This document shows positions 10,066 through 20,020 of a stretch of DNA of 64,000 bases, piece after piece. Positions within the stretch are counted from its first letter, which is position 1. Each line of letters begins with the position of its first letter. The stretch lies in the NCBI GenBank assembly GCA_964566925.1, contig CAZMIZ010000004.1, positions 35,951 to 99,950 on the forward strand, in the 5' to 3' direction. Origin of the DNA: an uncultured Gammaproteobacteria bacterium. Lineage in GTDB: Bacteria > Patescibacteriota > Microgenomatia > PFEM01 > DATLAM01. Under the pieces are notes generated by a model, which was not told where the DNA came from, did no database searches, and was given only the letters and a program-made list of their open reading frames with translations. A program made the position numbers and the translations under genes.

Positions 10066-12530
10066 TTTCTTAAAAAAGCGAAAATTAAGGCCATTGTTAA
10101 AAAAGCAACTAAAGAAACTAGAGAAATTACCTTGCCTATATTATAACCCATGGGGTGATAGACGAAACTAATGAGGTGCTCTCCCTCCGGGACGACCACT
10201 GATCTGAAGGCATAATTAGCCCGATAGACTTTAGTGGGAAAGCCATCAAGGAAGGCTTGCCAGCCAGGATAGTAATTGTCTGAAAAGAAAAGGAGTTGAG
10301 AATGGTCTGTCTCGGCGCTCATCACCACCTCTTGTGGCTCATAAGTTTTGATTTCTAAAAAGGATTCTCTTTGGCTATCCCCCTCCTTAAAATTGTTAGG
10401 CTTTTCTTCTAAAACAACCTTTTCTTTTAAATCAAAATCAGGATTAAAAAGAGAGTCTAGGATTTTTTGAGGGTCTTTTTCAACCACCACCTTGTCAACC
10501 AAAAACGCCCGAGGGAAAACATCCAGATATTCAAACACATACCAGTCTCCTTTATGCCAAACCTGTTTAAAAACTTCTTTAGGGAATCTCTTTTTCAGAG
10601 TCATCACCGACGTTCGGTCGTCATAATAAGCTAAATATTTCACCCCCAAAAGAGATAAAAGCCTCAATCTCCTCTGATTATCCAAAAGGCCCTCTTCGTT
10701 GCCTAAGTCAGAAAGCTTAGCTTCGATTCTGGGAATGTTATTGGTGATCAAACCGTCGTTCTCGGCGGCAAAGAGGAGCTGGCCATATTGATTAGAAAAG
10801 ATCGGATCTAAACCTTCCGGAGAATAAAGCTGTTCATAAGTGGCAATATTGCCCGGTATTGGCTCACCAAAAGCAATAAAGCGATAAGGCGGAAAAGAAT
10901 GTTGTTTTAAAAACGAAAAGACTGGGTGTCGGGGGTATAAAAATTGAGGGTAACCAAGCGAGAGATATTTATTCAAAAAATAAAATTGGCCTAATAAAGT
11001 AAGCAGAATCAGTCCGGCTAAAGCAGGGCGGCGCCATTTTTTCAATCTGATTAAAATAAGTCCTGAGCCGAGCAAGAAGAGAGATAAAAAAATGTTTTTG
11101 ATCATCACCAGGGCACTATTCTGGTCAACTTTTATGCCTGGCCTAATCATCAAATTATTAAGAGGCTGCAAAATTTGAGGATTAAATTTCCACAAAATAA
11201 ACCCGTAAGTCATGGCTAAAACAAGGGTTCCTAAGAGAATGAGAAAAATAATTTTGGTTGATTTTTTGATTTTTAGGGAGCGGTCTTCTAACCAGAAAGA
11301 AAGGCCAAAAGCGGAGAGCGCCGCCAAACAAAAGGTAGTAATAATGAGAATCCGGCTCGGTAAGAAGGTGGGAATCAGCGGCAAGGGCAAATGATAAAAC
11401 GCTTGAGTTAAAGGCGAGTCAATCATCAGAAAAAAGGAAATTAAGGCCCCTAGCCCAAAAAAACGAACTGAATGATTTAGCCTAAATCTTAAAAAGGCCA
11501 GCAAGGCAAAAAACAAAGGGATCACCCCAATAAAAAGCAAGGTTTCGTGATAGAATCCTCGGCCAAAAAAATTATAAACACCAGGATTGCCAAAAATGTC
11601 TGGAACCAGAACGTTTAGAAAGTGGCTGGCTGGCAAAAGATAGGTATCAAACAGATAAAGGGCCGATGAGGTTGGTCTCGGCGATTCAAAGAAAGCCTCT
11701 ATTGATGGCAAAAGCTGGATAGCCGAAAGAGAAAGGGTAAAAATAAACATTCCCACCAAAAGAAGGCTGCTTTTCAACCTCGTTTTCTTCTTTTCCTCTT
11801 TTATTTGGAATAAACCATAAAGAAAAGCAAAAACGAAAAGGTAGAAGCTAATCTGAAAAAAGCCAGCTAAAAAAGAACAAGTTAAAGCCAAAACGCTGAT
11901 TAAGAAAAACCAGCCTTTTTTGGTCCTGAAAAAACCTTCCAGGCCAAACAAAATTAAGGGCAGCCAAAGAGCGGCCTGGGCAACCACAGCATTCTCTTGT
12001 CCCCAAACAATCATAAAACCTGAAAAACCAAAGGCGAAGGCGCCAAAAAAAGCGGCAATTTTGGCAAGCGAAAGTTGTCTTAAAAAAAGATAGGTAAAAA
12101 CCATCGCCAATAAAGGCTGAATAAAAACTAAAATTGACCAGGCAGTAAGCTGGGGCAAAAAAAGATGGAAAACATTAAGCGGATAGAAAATCGCCGATTG
12201 GAAATTGGCTAAATGGGGATTGCCTGAAAAAATGTAAGGGTCCCAAAGGGGAATCTGGCCTTGGTGCAATAAGCGGTTAGTAAAGCTCCGCCAGGGATAA
12301 AAAAGACGGATTTGATCAATCCCGATCGGCTTATGAGGAATTCCCCTCTCCCAGCCTGCAAATTTCTCAGTCGACCAGGGAGAATAAAATTGAGCCAAAA
12401 AATTCGAAGGGAAAACAATCTTTTTTTGAAAAAGAGCTTCTCGATAGAAAAAAAGCTGGCCCAGAAGGACTAAAATAAATAAGAAAACAATTATTTTCCC
12501 TGGTTTGTTTTTCTTTTTTTTCATTCTCAA
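10062..12530 (-). CDS. YfhO-family polytopic membrane protein (glycosyl transfer to envelope polymers/proteins)
   Basis: 822 aa. QIRLFYPWRSFTNRLLHQGQIPLWDPYIFSGNPHLANFQSAIFYPLN is the YfhO signature. Confidence 0.8.
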   Translation of the reverse strand: MRMKKKKNKPGKIIVFLFILVLLGQLFFYREALFQKKIVFPSNFLAQFYSPWSTEKFAGWERGIPHKPIGIDQIRLFYPWRSFTNRLLHQGQIPLWDPYIFSGNPHLANFQSAIFYPLNVFHLFLPQLTAWSILVFIQPLLAMVFTYLFLRQLSLAKIAAFFGAFAFGFSGFMIVWGQENAVVAQAALWLPLILFGLEGFFRTKKGWFFLISVLALTCSFLAGFFQISFYLFVFAFLYGLFQIKEEKKKTRLKSSLLLVGMFIFTLSLSAIQLLPSIEAFFESPRPTSSALYLFDTYLLPASHFLNVLVPDIFGNPGVYNFFGRGFYHETLLFIGVIPLFFALLAFLRFRLNHSVRFFGLGALISFFLMIDSPLTQAFYHLPLPLIPTFLPSRILIITTFCLAALSAFGLSFWLEDRSLKIKKSTKIIFLILLGTLVLAMTYGFILWKFNPQILQPLNNLMIRPGIKVDQNSALVMIKNIFLSLFLLGSGLILIRLKKWRRPALAGLILLTLLGQFYFLNKYLSLGYPQFLYPRHPVFSFLKQHSFPPYRFIAFGEPIPGNIATYEQLYSPEGLDPIFSNQYGQLLFAAENDGLITNNIPRIEAKLSDLGNEEGLLDNQRRLRLLSLLGVKYLAYYDDRTSVMTLKKRFPKEVFKQVWHKGDWYVFEYLDVFPRAFLVDKVVVEKDPQKILDSLFNPDFDLKEKVVLEEKPNNFKEGDSQRESFLEIKTYEPQEVVMSAETDHSQLLFFSDNYYPGWQAFLDGFPTKVYRANYAFRSVVVPEGEHLISFVYHPMGYNIGKVISLVSLVAFLTMALIFAFLRK

Positions 12531-13255
12531 ATAAAAATCTTTGATTTCACTCCCAACGGCCGCAAAAGATATTTAAATAAAGTCAAAATTGTCATTAAGC
12601 CATAGCGAACTGACCGGACGAAGTTGATTGAAGAAGCTTCTGGAAAATAGCGCACCGGGACAGGGATCTCGCCAATGCTGAATCCGGCGGCCACCGCCGA
12701 AATTAAAATCTCCTGATCAAAAACAAAGTCATTAGAGAACTGCTGAAAAGGGAGGGTTCGTAAAACTTCACTCTTAAAGGCTCGAAAACCAGTATGGTAT
12801 TCAGAAAGGTTAAGACCTAAAACAATATTTTCCAAAATCGTTAAAAACCGATTAGAAAGATATTTATAAAATGGCATCCCCCCTTCAAGAGCTTCTTTTC
12901 GACTTCTAATCCGACTGCCTAGCATAATCTCAAACCGCCCATCAAGAAGAGGTTTAACCAAATCAGCCGTCAAGGTAGCGTCATATTGGTAATCTGGATG
13001 AATCATCACCACAATGTCCGGCTTTGTCTTTAACGCTTCCCAATAGCAAGTCTTTTGATTGCCACCATAACCCAAATTGGTTGGGTGAACAAAGACCTTC
13101 AGGCCCAGCTTTTTGGCGATCTTCACCGTCTTGTCCTGACTCTGGTCATCAACTAAGATTACCTCTTCTGCTAATCCTTGGGGAATATCGTGATAGGTCT
13201 TCTCCAGGGTTTTAGCCGCGTTATAGGCAGGCATGATAACCACTATTTTTTCCAT
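12527..13255 (-). CDS. GT2 polyprenol-phosphate sugar synthase-like (Dpm1/GtrB catalytic-domain type)
   Basis: IVVIMPAYNAAKTLEKTYHDIP...VILVDDQSQDKT...HPDYQYD. 242 aa, soluble. Confidence 0.7.
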   Translation of the reverse strand: MEKIVVIMPAYNAAKTLEKTYHDIPQGLAEEVILVDDQSQDKTVKIAKKLGLKVFVHPTNLGYGGNQKTCYWEALKTKPDIVVMIHPDYQYDATLTADLVKPLLDGRFEIMLGSRIRSRKEALEGGMPFYKYLSNRFLTILENIVLGLNLSEYHTGFRAFKSEVLRTLPFQQFSNDFVFDQEILISAVAAGFSIGEIPVPVRYFPEASSINFVRSVRYGLMTILTLFKYLLRPLGVKSKIFI

Positions 13256-14919
13256 AAGTTCCTTAACTGATAACCAATAAAAATTAAGGTCACTAAGGTC
13301 AGCGCTTCTCCTATTATTCTATCCCAGGTTTTTCCAAATTTAAAGAGAACTTCATGCTTCCCCGCCACCACAGGAATCCTCATTAGACCAGTCACTGTCG
13401 TGATTTCCATCTTTTCTTTTTGACCGTCAATGAATAACTCCCAGCCAGGATAATAGATGGTATTGAGAATCAATGAGCTTGCTTCTTTAACCCCGATCCG
13501 ATAAGCCTGAAGATTAGACCGCATCTCAACCACTTCAGTTTCCGCCTGACCGCCGGAACCGGTGACGGGCGTCTCCCTTCTAGGCAAATATTTAGGATTT
13601 ACCCAAAGAGGCCGATATTCATCAAAAGAACTGCTAGATGAGTAATGTTCTTGATAAAAACTGTCAGGCAGGTCAAGATATTGATTGACCCTCAAATGGT
13701 TTCGGTTGCCATAAAAAGTCAAAAACAAAAGTCCTAAAACCACCGGATAAAGAAAGCTCTTCAAGAGCCTTTCTTTTCTTAAAAGAGTCACCAGTCCCCC
13801 GGCAATTAAAGAAGAAAAGAGAGTCGTCAAAGCCAGGTAACGAAAGGGGAAATCAATTTTGAAAAACAAAGACATCATCTGCCAACAAGGCTTTGAAAGA
13901 GAAAGCATTAAAAAAATTGAGGTGGCGAAAAAGAAAACCAATAAACCGGCTAGTTTATGAAAAAATTCAAATTTTTCTTTTCTTATTCTTCGCCAAACTA
14001 AGAGAAAGAACATTAAGATAACAACTAGCCATTGAGCAATTCCGACTTGAAAGGACATCGCGTCTCTTTCAACCCCGGGATGAGAAAAGCCATAACCCCA
14101 AGGCGAGTAAAGGAGTTGCTTAAAATTAGGAAAATGTTGGGTGTAAAAATTGGTTAGCAACCGAGAAAACATCGCCCATCTTCTTTCTATCAATATCGGT
14201 AACCAGTAATAAGCCGATATTCCGGCGGCTAAAATGAAAAGCTTTAAATAGCGATAACCGACTTCCTTTTTCTTCCCGGTTTGCCAAAGGCAAAACCCTG
14301 CCAGAAAAACAAAAAAGGGCAAAAAAAGAAAGGTCAACATGGCATGAGAAAGCAAAAGTCCGGCTAAAGAGAAAGCGCCTATAAAAATAGCTTTTTGGTT
14401 TTCTTTTTCGCGAAGAGAAACGAGAGCCCAGATTGCCAAGGGAAAGAAAAAGAAGCAGACCGCCTCACCCAGACTGGCACGAACAAAAATAGTGGAAAAG
14501 CGCCAAGGGGCCCAAAGATAAAAAAGGGCTCCTATTAAAGCGGCCAAGCGATTACCCCAAATCTTTTTTTGGGCCCAATACATCACGATACCCGAAAAAA
14601 GATAGGCTAAGATGAAAACGGCTTTAATTGAATCACTCAAGGAAAGGCCCAGAAAACTGAAAAATGCTCCCAAGTAAAAGGGGAAACGATAGGTGAAAAC
14701 AAACAACGGATAACCGAAACCCCTAAAAGCGGGTGGGCCTGCCCAGCGAACCGGCCATTGGCCATCTTTTAGACCCACCAGAAAGTGATTAAGCCTAATC
14801 ATTTGGTGCTCGCCGTCGTGGCTGGTATAAAACCCGGGATGAAATAAAGCTTTGACGGCAAAAAGAGAAACCAAAAACAAAAAGAGGACAATCAACCAGT
14901 CAATTTTTTTGGATTTCAA
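13243..14919 (-). CDS. Large polytopic membrane protein, family 'A' (paralogs at 28647 and 31779); function unknown, possibly GT-C/PTPS-related-like
   Basis: N-terminal motif LFHPGFYTSHDGEHQMIRLNHFLVGLKDGQWPVRWAGPPAFRGFGYPLFVFTY is shared with two paralogs. Confidence 0.5.
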   Translation of the reverse strand: MKSKKIDWLIVLFLFLVSLFAVKALFHPGFYTSHDGEHQMIRLNHFLVGLKDGQWPVRWAGPPAFRGFGYPLFVFTYRFPFYLGAFFSFLGLSLSDSIKAVFILAYLFSGIVMYWAQKKIWGNRLAALIGALFYLWAPWRFSTIFVRASLGEAVCFFFFPLAIWALVSLREKENQKAIFIGAFSLAGLLLSHAMLTFLFLPFFVFLAGFCLWQTGKKKEVGYRYLKLFILAAGISAYYWLPILIERRWAMFSRLLTNFYTQHFPNFKQLLYSPWGYGFSHPGVERDAMSFQVGIAQWLVVILMFFLLVWRRIRKEKFEFFHKLAGLLVFFFATSIFLMLSLSKPCWQMMSLFFKIDFPFRYLALTTLFSSLIAGGLVTLLRKERLLKSFLYPVVLGLLFLTFYGNRNHLRVNQYLDLPDSFYQEHYSSSSSFDEYRPLWVNPKYLPRRETPVTGSGGQAETEVVEMRSNLQAYRIGVKEASSLILNTIYYPGWELFIDGQKEKMEITTVTGLMRIPVVAGKHEVLFKFGKTWDRIIGEALTLVTLIFIGYQLRNLWKK

Positions 14920-15839
14920 ACTTTCCCCCTGACCCTAGAATTGATTAGTTCTGGCAGTTGAGCCAGGGCCTTTCCCAGGCCTAACCAGAACAAGAAATCA
15001 GTAGAGAAGGTCGCTCTGATTAAGTGATACGGAAGCCAAAACAAATGGGGAATCAACATCTCTAAATTCGCGTTTTTCCAGACAAACAAAAATTGGTTCT
15101 TATAACCAAAAACTTTCATTTCTTTCTGACCAAATGTAGGGATATTGGTGGTTTCATGTCGGTGGTTAACCCTTGATCCTGGCTCAAAGACAACCCTCCA
15201 ACCTCTTTTTCTTGCCCGCCATGATAAATCAATGTCTTCCCAATAAGCGGGTCGGAAGAGAGGGTCCATTCCACCGAGTTTGAGCCATTTCTCTCGCTCA
15301 ACCGCCATACTGCCGGCAGTGGCCCAAAGAGTATCCCTTTTGTTTTGATCTTTAGCCCGCCAATGAACCAAAAACCCTCGTTTAAACTCTCCCAATCCCC
15401 GTCCACTATAAACCACTTTTCCATTTCTAATGTCTTTCTCTTTACAACCAACAGCAAAAACTAGAGAATCTTCAAAGTGTTTTAAAAGGGGTTCTAAAAA
15501 AGCTGGCTCCGGAGAGACGTCATTATTAAGAAGGACAACAATTTCTCCTTTGGCCGCTTTTACCCCAGTGTTACAAGCGGCCGCAAAGCGCTGGTTTTTT
15601 TGATGAACCATCACTCTAACTTGAGGATAATTCTTTTTTAAAAAGGTAACACTCCCGTCAGTGGAAGCATCATCAACCACAATAATTTCCCAACCTGCCT
15701 CGCCTGCCTTATCAACTGGCGGGTTGGATTTTGACCAGGTCTGACAGGCTTTGATCACCGCTGGCAAGTTTTTCTTCAAGAGTTCCTTGCCGTTGAAGTT
15801 GGGAATAACCAGACTGACTTTAATACCAGCCATATTCAA
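14916..15839 (-). CDS. GT2 glycosyltransferase (WbbL/rhamnosyltransferase-like)
   Basis: VSLVIPNFNGKELL...IIVVDDASTDGS...VLLNNDV. Alternative start at MAGIKV (15833). Confidence 0.75.
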   Translation of the reverse strand: MNMAGIKVSLVIPNFNGKELLKKNLPAVIKACQTWSKSNPPVDKAGEAGWEIIVVDDASTDGSVTFLKKNYPQVRVMVHQKNQRFAAACNTGVKAAKGEIVVLLNNDVSPEPAFLEPLLKHFEDSLVFAVGCKEKDIRNGKVVYSGRGLGEFKRGFLVHWRAKDQNKRDTLWATAGSMAVEREKWLKLGGMDPLFRPAYWEDIDLSWRARKRGWRVVFEPGSRVNHRHETTNIPTFGQKEMKVFGYKNQFLFVWKNANLEMLIPHLFWLPYHLIRATFSTDFLFWLGLGKALAQLPELINSRVRGKV

Positions 15840-18159
15840 AAGTTACTTGATGATTTCCTTCCGGGACAATCACTCCCCGGAAATTATAATCGGCCCGATA
15901 AATTTGAGTTCCTTGGCCGTCAATTTTTGCTTGCCAGCCGGGGTAAAAAGAATCAGTTAAAACCAAAATCCCTGACTGGCTGGTTTCCACCTCAATAAGA
16001 ACCTTGTTTTCTTCATAATCCAGAATGGCTACTTTATTTTCGCCTTTAACCAAACCCGTTTCAGGCTGATCGCTTTCCAAAATGACTGTCTCTCTTAAAT
16101 CAATCCCTTCATTCATTAATAAATCAATCGCTTCTTGCTTATCTTTAGCTAGTTGATATTGGTAAACTATAAAAGCCCGAGGAAAAACATTTTGGTTCTG
16201 ATAAACCTTAGTTTGGCCCTCTTCAAAAACCTTAACCCATTTAGGCGAATCTTCCTCATCTAGGCTTAAAAGATATTTAGTATTCAAAAGATCGATAATT
16301 CTTGATTCGTAATTATGAGGAGTAATAATTCGATTAAATCCAAATGGTGGTTCAATGTTGGCCTCTCCCCTTTCTGAGGCGGCGATGAGCTCAGCGTAGC
16401 GAGAAAGATACAAGGGATCATACCCTTCTATCGTTTGAAGCCTATAAGGAATTGAGAAATTGGGGGCCAAAAGACGGCGATCGGTGGTCATCAAGCGGAA
16501 AACGTCTTGATCTTTTTTCAAAAATTCAACCGTCTCGGTTGAAGGAAAAAGCCATTCTTCTTTAACAAAAGGAGTAAATTTCCAACCAAAACGGAGAAGG
16601 TCGAAGATGGTCAATAAGACAATTCCTATTAGAATTAAGAGTCGAGAATAACGAATTATGAATCTCTTTTTTTTGAATAGTTTCGGGGTTAACCAGCTGG
16701 CCACCATCAAACCAGCCAAGCCAGCAAAGATGGCCGTTGGCAAGATAAGGTTTCTTTGACTAACCGCCAAATTAACTACCCATGGAGCCTCTGGCCAAAT
16801 CTTTTTTGCTCCTAAAACAAAAAGCCATAAGAGACCATAAAAAATAGAAAATGGGATTAGGGTTAAGATTATTTTCCCCCAAGAGATTTTCTTTTTCAGA
16901 AAGGCATCGACGCCCAAGGCAGCCAAAACGGCGAGACAAAAATCAACGATAAAGAGCAGCCTAGTCGGTTGGCTAGTAGAAATCAACGGTAAGTTTAGCC
17001 AGTAGGGCAATTTTGCCCAGGGCGTGGGTAAAGCAAAACTTAAAAACAAAAAAACTAAGAAACTAAAGAATAAGGTTGTTTTATCGCGTCGCCAGATGAT
17101 AGCTAAAAAAGCAAAAATTAAAGGAATCACCCCCAGATATCCCAGGAACTCGGCGTAATTAAAAATCCCCCAATAATTCAAGGTGGTTGGGTTGCCAAAA
17201 AAATCAGGTGCTAAGAATTGAACTAGGTTTTGCCAAGGAATAAACCAGCCAGGTTGATTGAATTGAGACTGATCGATCTCTCTGGCGCTCAATTTAATAA
17301 ATTGAAGAGTGGGTAACCACTGGATTGAGGTAAGCAAAAGGAATAATGAATAAAGAAAACAGAACAGAAGAATTAGTTTGCGGCGATCTTTTTTAGTTTG
17401 GAGTAATCGCCAAACTAAATAGATAATCGAAAATAAAACTAAATAAAAAGAGGTCTGTAAATGGCCAGCCAAAAAAGAGACTGTAAGAGAAAAAACAAAG
17501 ACCAAACCCCAAAGTAGTAAATTTCCACTTTTACTTAATACTTGAGACTTAATACTTAAGACTATCTTGTCGATGGCCAGCAAAATTAAAGGCATCCATA
17601 AGGCCACCTGAAGAACCGTTCCCCATTCGAGCCAGGCAATAAAAAAGCCGGAAAGCGAAAAACTGATTGCCCCCAGAAAAGCGGCCAGCTTTTCTAGCTT
17701 TAGCTGGCGAAGATAAGCATAAAGGAAAAAGCCGGCCAAAAGCGGCTGAAGGAAAATTAGGCCACTCCAAGCCAAATTAAAAGGTAAAACAAAAAATAAA
17801 ATATTCAGAGGGTAAAAAACGGCCCCTTGAAGATTGGCTAAGAGTGGTCCCCCAGCTAAGGTATAAGGATTCCATAAAGGCAGTTGGCCCTGGGAAATTA
17901 AATCAATCCCTAACTCCCGCCAGGGATATTGTTGGCGCACCGGATCAGTGATTAGAAAATTTTTAAAAGGCACCCCGGCGGTGAAATTATCCCAGACAAC
18001 ATCTCTCCAGGGATGATACATGCCCACAATCGTGTCGGCTGGAAGAGGCAAGAGGCCACCAAGTAAAAATTGATGGAAAAAAATCGCCACTACTAGGCCG
18101 ATGAGGATTATCGACCAATGAGCAACGATCAAACTTTTAAGGCTTGATAATTTCATCAA
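15820..18159 (-). CDS. YfhO-family polytopic membrane protein (paralog 2)
   Basis: QYPWRELGIDLISQGQLPLWNPYTLAGGPLLANLQGAVFYPLN. Confidence 0.8.
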   Translation of the reverse strand: MMKLSSLKSLIVAHWSIILIGLVVAIFFHQFLLGGLLPLPADTIVGMYHPWRDVVWDNFTAGVPFKNFLITDPVRQQYPWRELGIDLISQGQLPLWNPYTLAGGPLLANLQGAVFYPLNILFFVLPFNLAWSGLIFLQPLLAGFFLYAYLRQLKLEKLAAFLGAISFSLSGFFIAWLEWGTVLQVALWMPLILLAIDKIVLSIKSQVLSKSGNLLLWGLVFVFSLTVSFLAGHLQTSFYLVLFSIIYLVWRLLQTKKDRRKLILLFCFLYSLFLLLTSIQWLPTLQFIKLSAREIDQSQFNQPGWFIPWQNLVQFLAPDFFGNPTTLNYWGIFNYAEFLGYLGVIPLIFAFLAIIWRRDKTTLFFSFLVFLFLSFALPTPWAKLPYWLNLPLISTSQPTRLLFIVDFCLAVLAALGVDAFLKKKISWGKIILTLIPFSIFYGLLWLFVLGAKKIWPEAPWVVNLAVSQRNLILPTAIFAGLAGLMVASWLTPKLFKKKRFIIRYSRLLILIGIVLLTIFDLLRFGWKFTPFVKEEWLFPSTETVEFLKKDQDVFRLMTTDRRLLAPNFSIPYRLQTIEGYDPLYLSRYAELIAASERGEANIEPPFGFNRIITPHNYESRIIDLLNTKYLLSLDEEDSPKWVKVFEEGQTKVYQNQNVFPRAFIVYQYQLAKDKQEAIDLLMNEGIDLRETVILESDQPETGLVKGENKVAILDYEENKVLIEVETSQSGILVLTDSFYPGWQAKIDGQGTQIYRADYNFRGVIVPEGNHQVTFEYGWY

Positions 18160-19201
18160 ACTTCTGGTAAAAAACTTCCTTTTTAAATCTTTGACTGTCT
18201 TTTATTGCTTGGCGAGAAAGGTTTTTCCATAAAGTCGGTGATTTTGATAGTCTGATGGTCAGCTTTTGAAGCTCTTTCTTTGTTTGCCAGAGGAAGCCAT
18301 TCCTGCCATCTTTGATGATTTCGGGAATGCCGCCTTTACCAATCACCACCGGCACATCACCAGCGGCCATCGCCTCGACCACTGAAATGCCGAAATGCTC
18401 CATTCGTTCAGGATATAAATTTTCGTCCTCGCCAAAACCAGCGGCGTGCCAATATATTTTAGCTCGATCATAATGTTTTTTTAATTCATCAAACTTAACG
18501 TTAGAGCGCACCTCAATCGGATATCCTTCGGCCGCTTTTTTAAGAGCCTTAAGATAGCCTTCATCCGCCTTTAACGCCCCTCCTAATAAGACTAAACGCC
18601 AACCTTTGAGGCCCTGATCATAAACTTTTCTAAAAACCTCAACTAAAATATGCTGCTTCTTAGCATGAAGTGCCTGGGTAAATCGGCCCACCGAAAGAAT
18701 CAGGTTTTCTTTTTTATCTGGTTTAAAATCTTCGACGGAAACCGGCGGATAAATGACTTGGCTTTGGACGCCATACTCCTGGTCAATATATTTTTTGGTG
18801 AATTTCGAGTTACAGACAATTTGGCTAAATTTGGCTAATTTTATTTTGTTTAAAAGGGATTTCCCGTTAACTCTAGTAAAAGGGACCTGAAAATGAAGGA
18901 TGTTTTTCTTGGCAAATAAAAAGGGCAGACTGCCGTCAGATAAATAAAAAACTAGATCGTAATTCCTGGTGATCTGCCATTTATGAACAACATTTCTATT
19001 CGAGGAAAAAATATTCTCAACAAAACTAATTTTGCCTAAATCAAGGTCAAATCTTTCCTTTAACTTTTTCTTTATCTGTTCATCATCCCAAAAAAGATCT
19101 ACTTGATGATCCTGATTGCTTAAATGTTCGGCAAGAGTAAGGACATATTTTTCTCCTCCTCCCAAACTGTTAAGATACGGGTTGAATAAACCAATTTTCA
19201 T
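18137..19201 (-). CDS. GT4 glycosyltransferase
   Basis: MKIGLFNPYLNSLGGGEKY...HFGISVVEAMAAGDVPVV. Start at 19201 gives an ATGA overlap with the upstream stop. The ORF extends to 19228. Confidence 0.8.
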   Translation of the reverse strand: MKIGLFNPYLNSLGGGEKYVLTLAEHLSNQDHQVDLFWDDEQIKKKLKERFDLDLGKISFVENIFSSNRNVVHKWQITRNYDLVFYLSDGSLPFLFAKKNILHFQVPFTRVNGKSLLNKIKLAKFSQIVCNSKFTKKYIDQEYGVQSQVIYPPVSVEDFKPDKKENLILSVGRFTQALHAKKQHILVEVFRKVYDQGLKGWRLVLLGGALKADEGYLKALKKAAEGYPIEVRSNVKFDELKKHYDRAKIYWHAAGFGEDENLYPERMEHFGISVVEAMAAGDVPVVIGKGGIPEIIKDGRNGFLWQTKKELQKLTIRLSKSPTLWKNLSRQAIKDSQRFKKEVFYQKFDEIIKP

Positions 19202-19956
19202 TTCTTGTCTCCCCGCTGCATTTCCCATAAACGAGCGTAAATGATAAAGGTATTAAAGGTTTCAAAAATGGCATTGATCCAACCCTCGGTGCCATCGCGC
19301 CAACCGCCTTGCTTGACGATTCTTTCAAAAAACTTAGTCGCCATCATTCGTAAAAACCGCCACCAAACTACCGGAGGATGCTTCGCCTGGTAAAGAAGCC
19401 TGGCTTCAATCTTGGTCCATTTAATGGTTTTATTCAACATCGAGGTTAAATCTCGATGAGTTAGGTGGATAATGGGATTCTCTAGCTTGCCCGCTTTTCC
19501 CTCAAAAATCGGCCATTCATGAAGTTGGTCCTGCCAACCTTTTAATTTACTTTTTCTAAAAAGTCTTTGAACATAATCTGGCCAAGCACCCCCATGTTTC
19601 ATTTCCCGACCCAGAAAAAAATTGCGCCTCGGGATTTTATAAGCCGCAAACTTATTCTTGGCGATCACCCGCTGAATTTCCTCTCTTAACTGAGGCGTCG
19701 CTCTCTCATCGGCATCCAGATATAAAATCCAGTCGCCTTTGGCTTTTTCTTTGCCTAAATTACGCCACCGAGCAAAGGCCAAACTTTTTGATTTAGCTTC
19801 AACGATCCTCGCCTGATACTTTTTGGCAATCTTCAGAATCTTATCAGTTATCCCGGTATCCACCAGAACAATCTCGTCAGCCCATTTAACTGATTCCAGG
19901 CAGTCACCGATAACTTTCTCTTCATCCTTGGCTAAGACAATCACACTCAATTTCAT
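19198..19956 (-). CDS. GT2 glycosyltransferase (paralog group)
   Basis: MKLSVIVLAKDEEKVIGDCLESVKWADEIVLVDTG...YLDADE...HGGAWPDYVQRLFRKSK. The ORF extends to 19983. Confidence 0.75.
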   Translation of the reverse strand: MKLSVIVLAKDEEKVIGDCLESVKWADEIVLVDTGITDKILKIAKKYQARIVEAKSKSLAFARWRNLGKEKAKGDWILYLDADERATPQLREEIQRVIAKNKFAAYKIPRRNFFLGREMKHGGAWPDYVQRLFRKSKLKGWQDQLHEWPIFEGKAGKLENPIIHLTHRDLTSMLNKTIKWTKIEARLLYQAKHPPVVWWRFLRMMATKFFERIVKQGGWRDGTEGWINAIFETFNTFIIYARLWEMQRGDKK

Positions 19957-20020
19957 CTTAATCCTAATTATACCTCGTTTCACTCAGGTAATCTCTTAGA
20001 TTATACCTTGCCTTACTGGT

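Noticed and set aside
12514-12521. T8 homopolymer at the start of the YfhO gene (poly-Lys MKKKKNK) as a phase-variation tract
   Set aside because: A/T runs of this length are expected by chance in an AT-rich genome, and it encodes a plausible Lys-rich cytoplasmic N-terminus. It is much weaker evidence than the heptamer repeats.
17533-17560. Tandem 14-mer (acttaatacttgag x2) inside YfhO paralog 2
   Set aside because: It has only two copies with a mismatch and encodes a duplicated SIKSQVLS peptide. It is probably a trivial local duplication.
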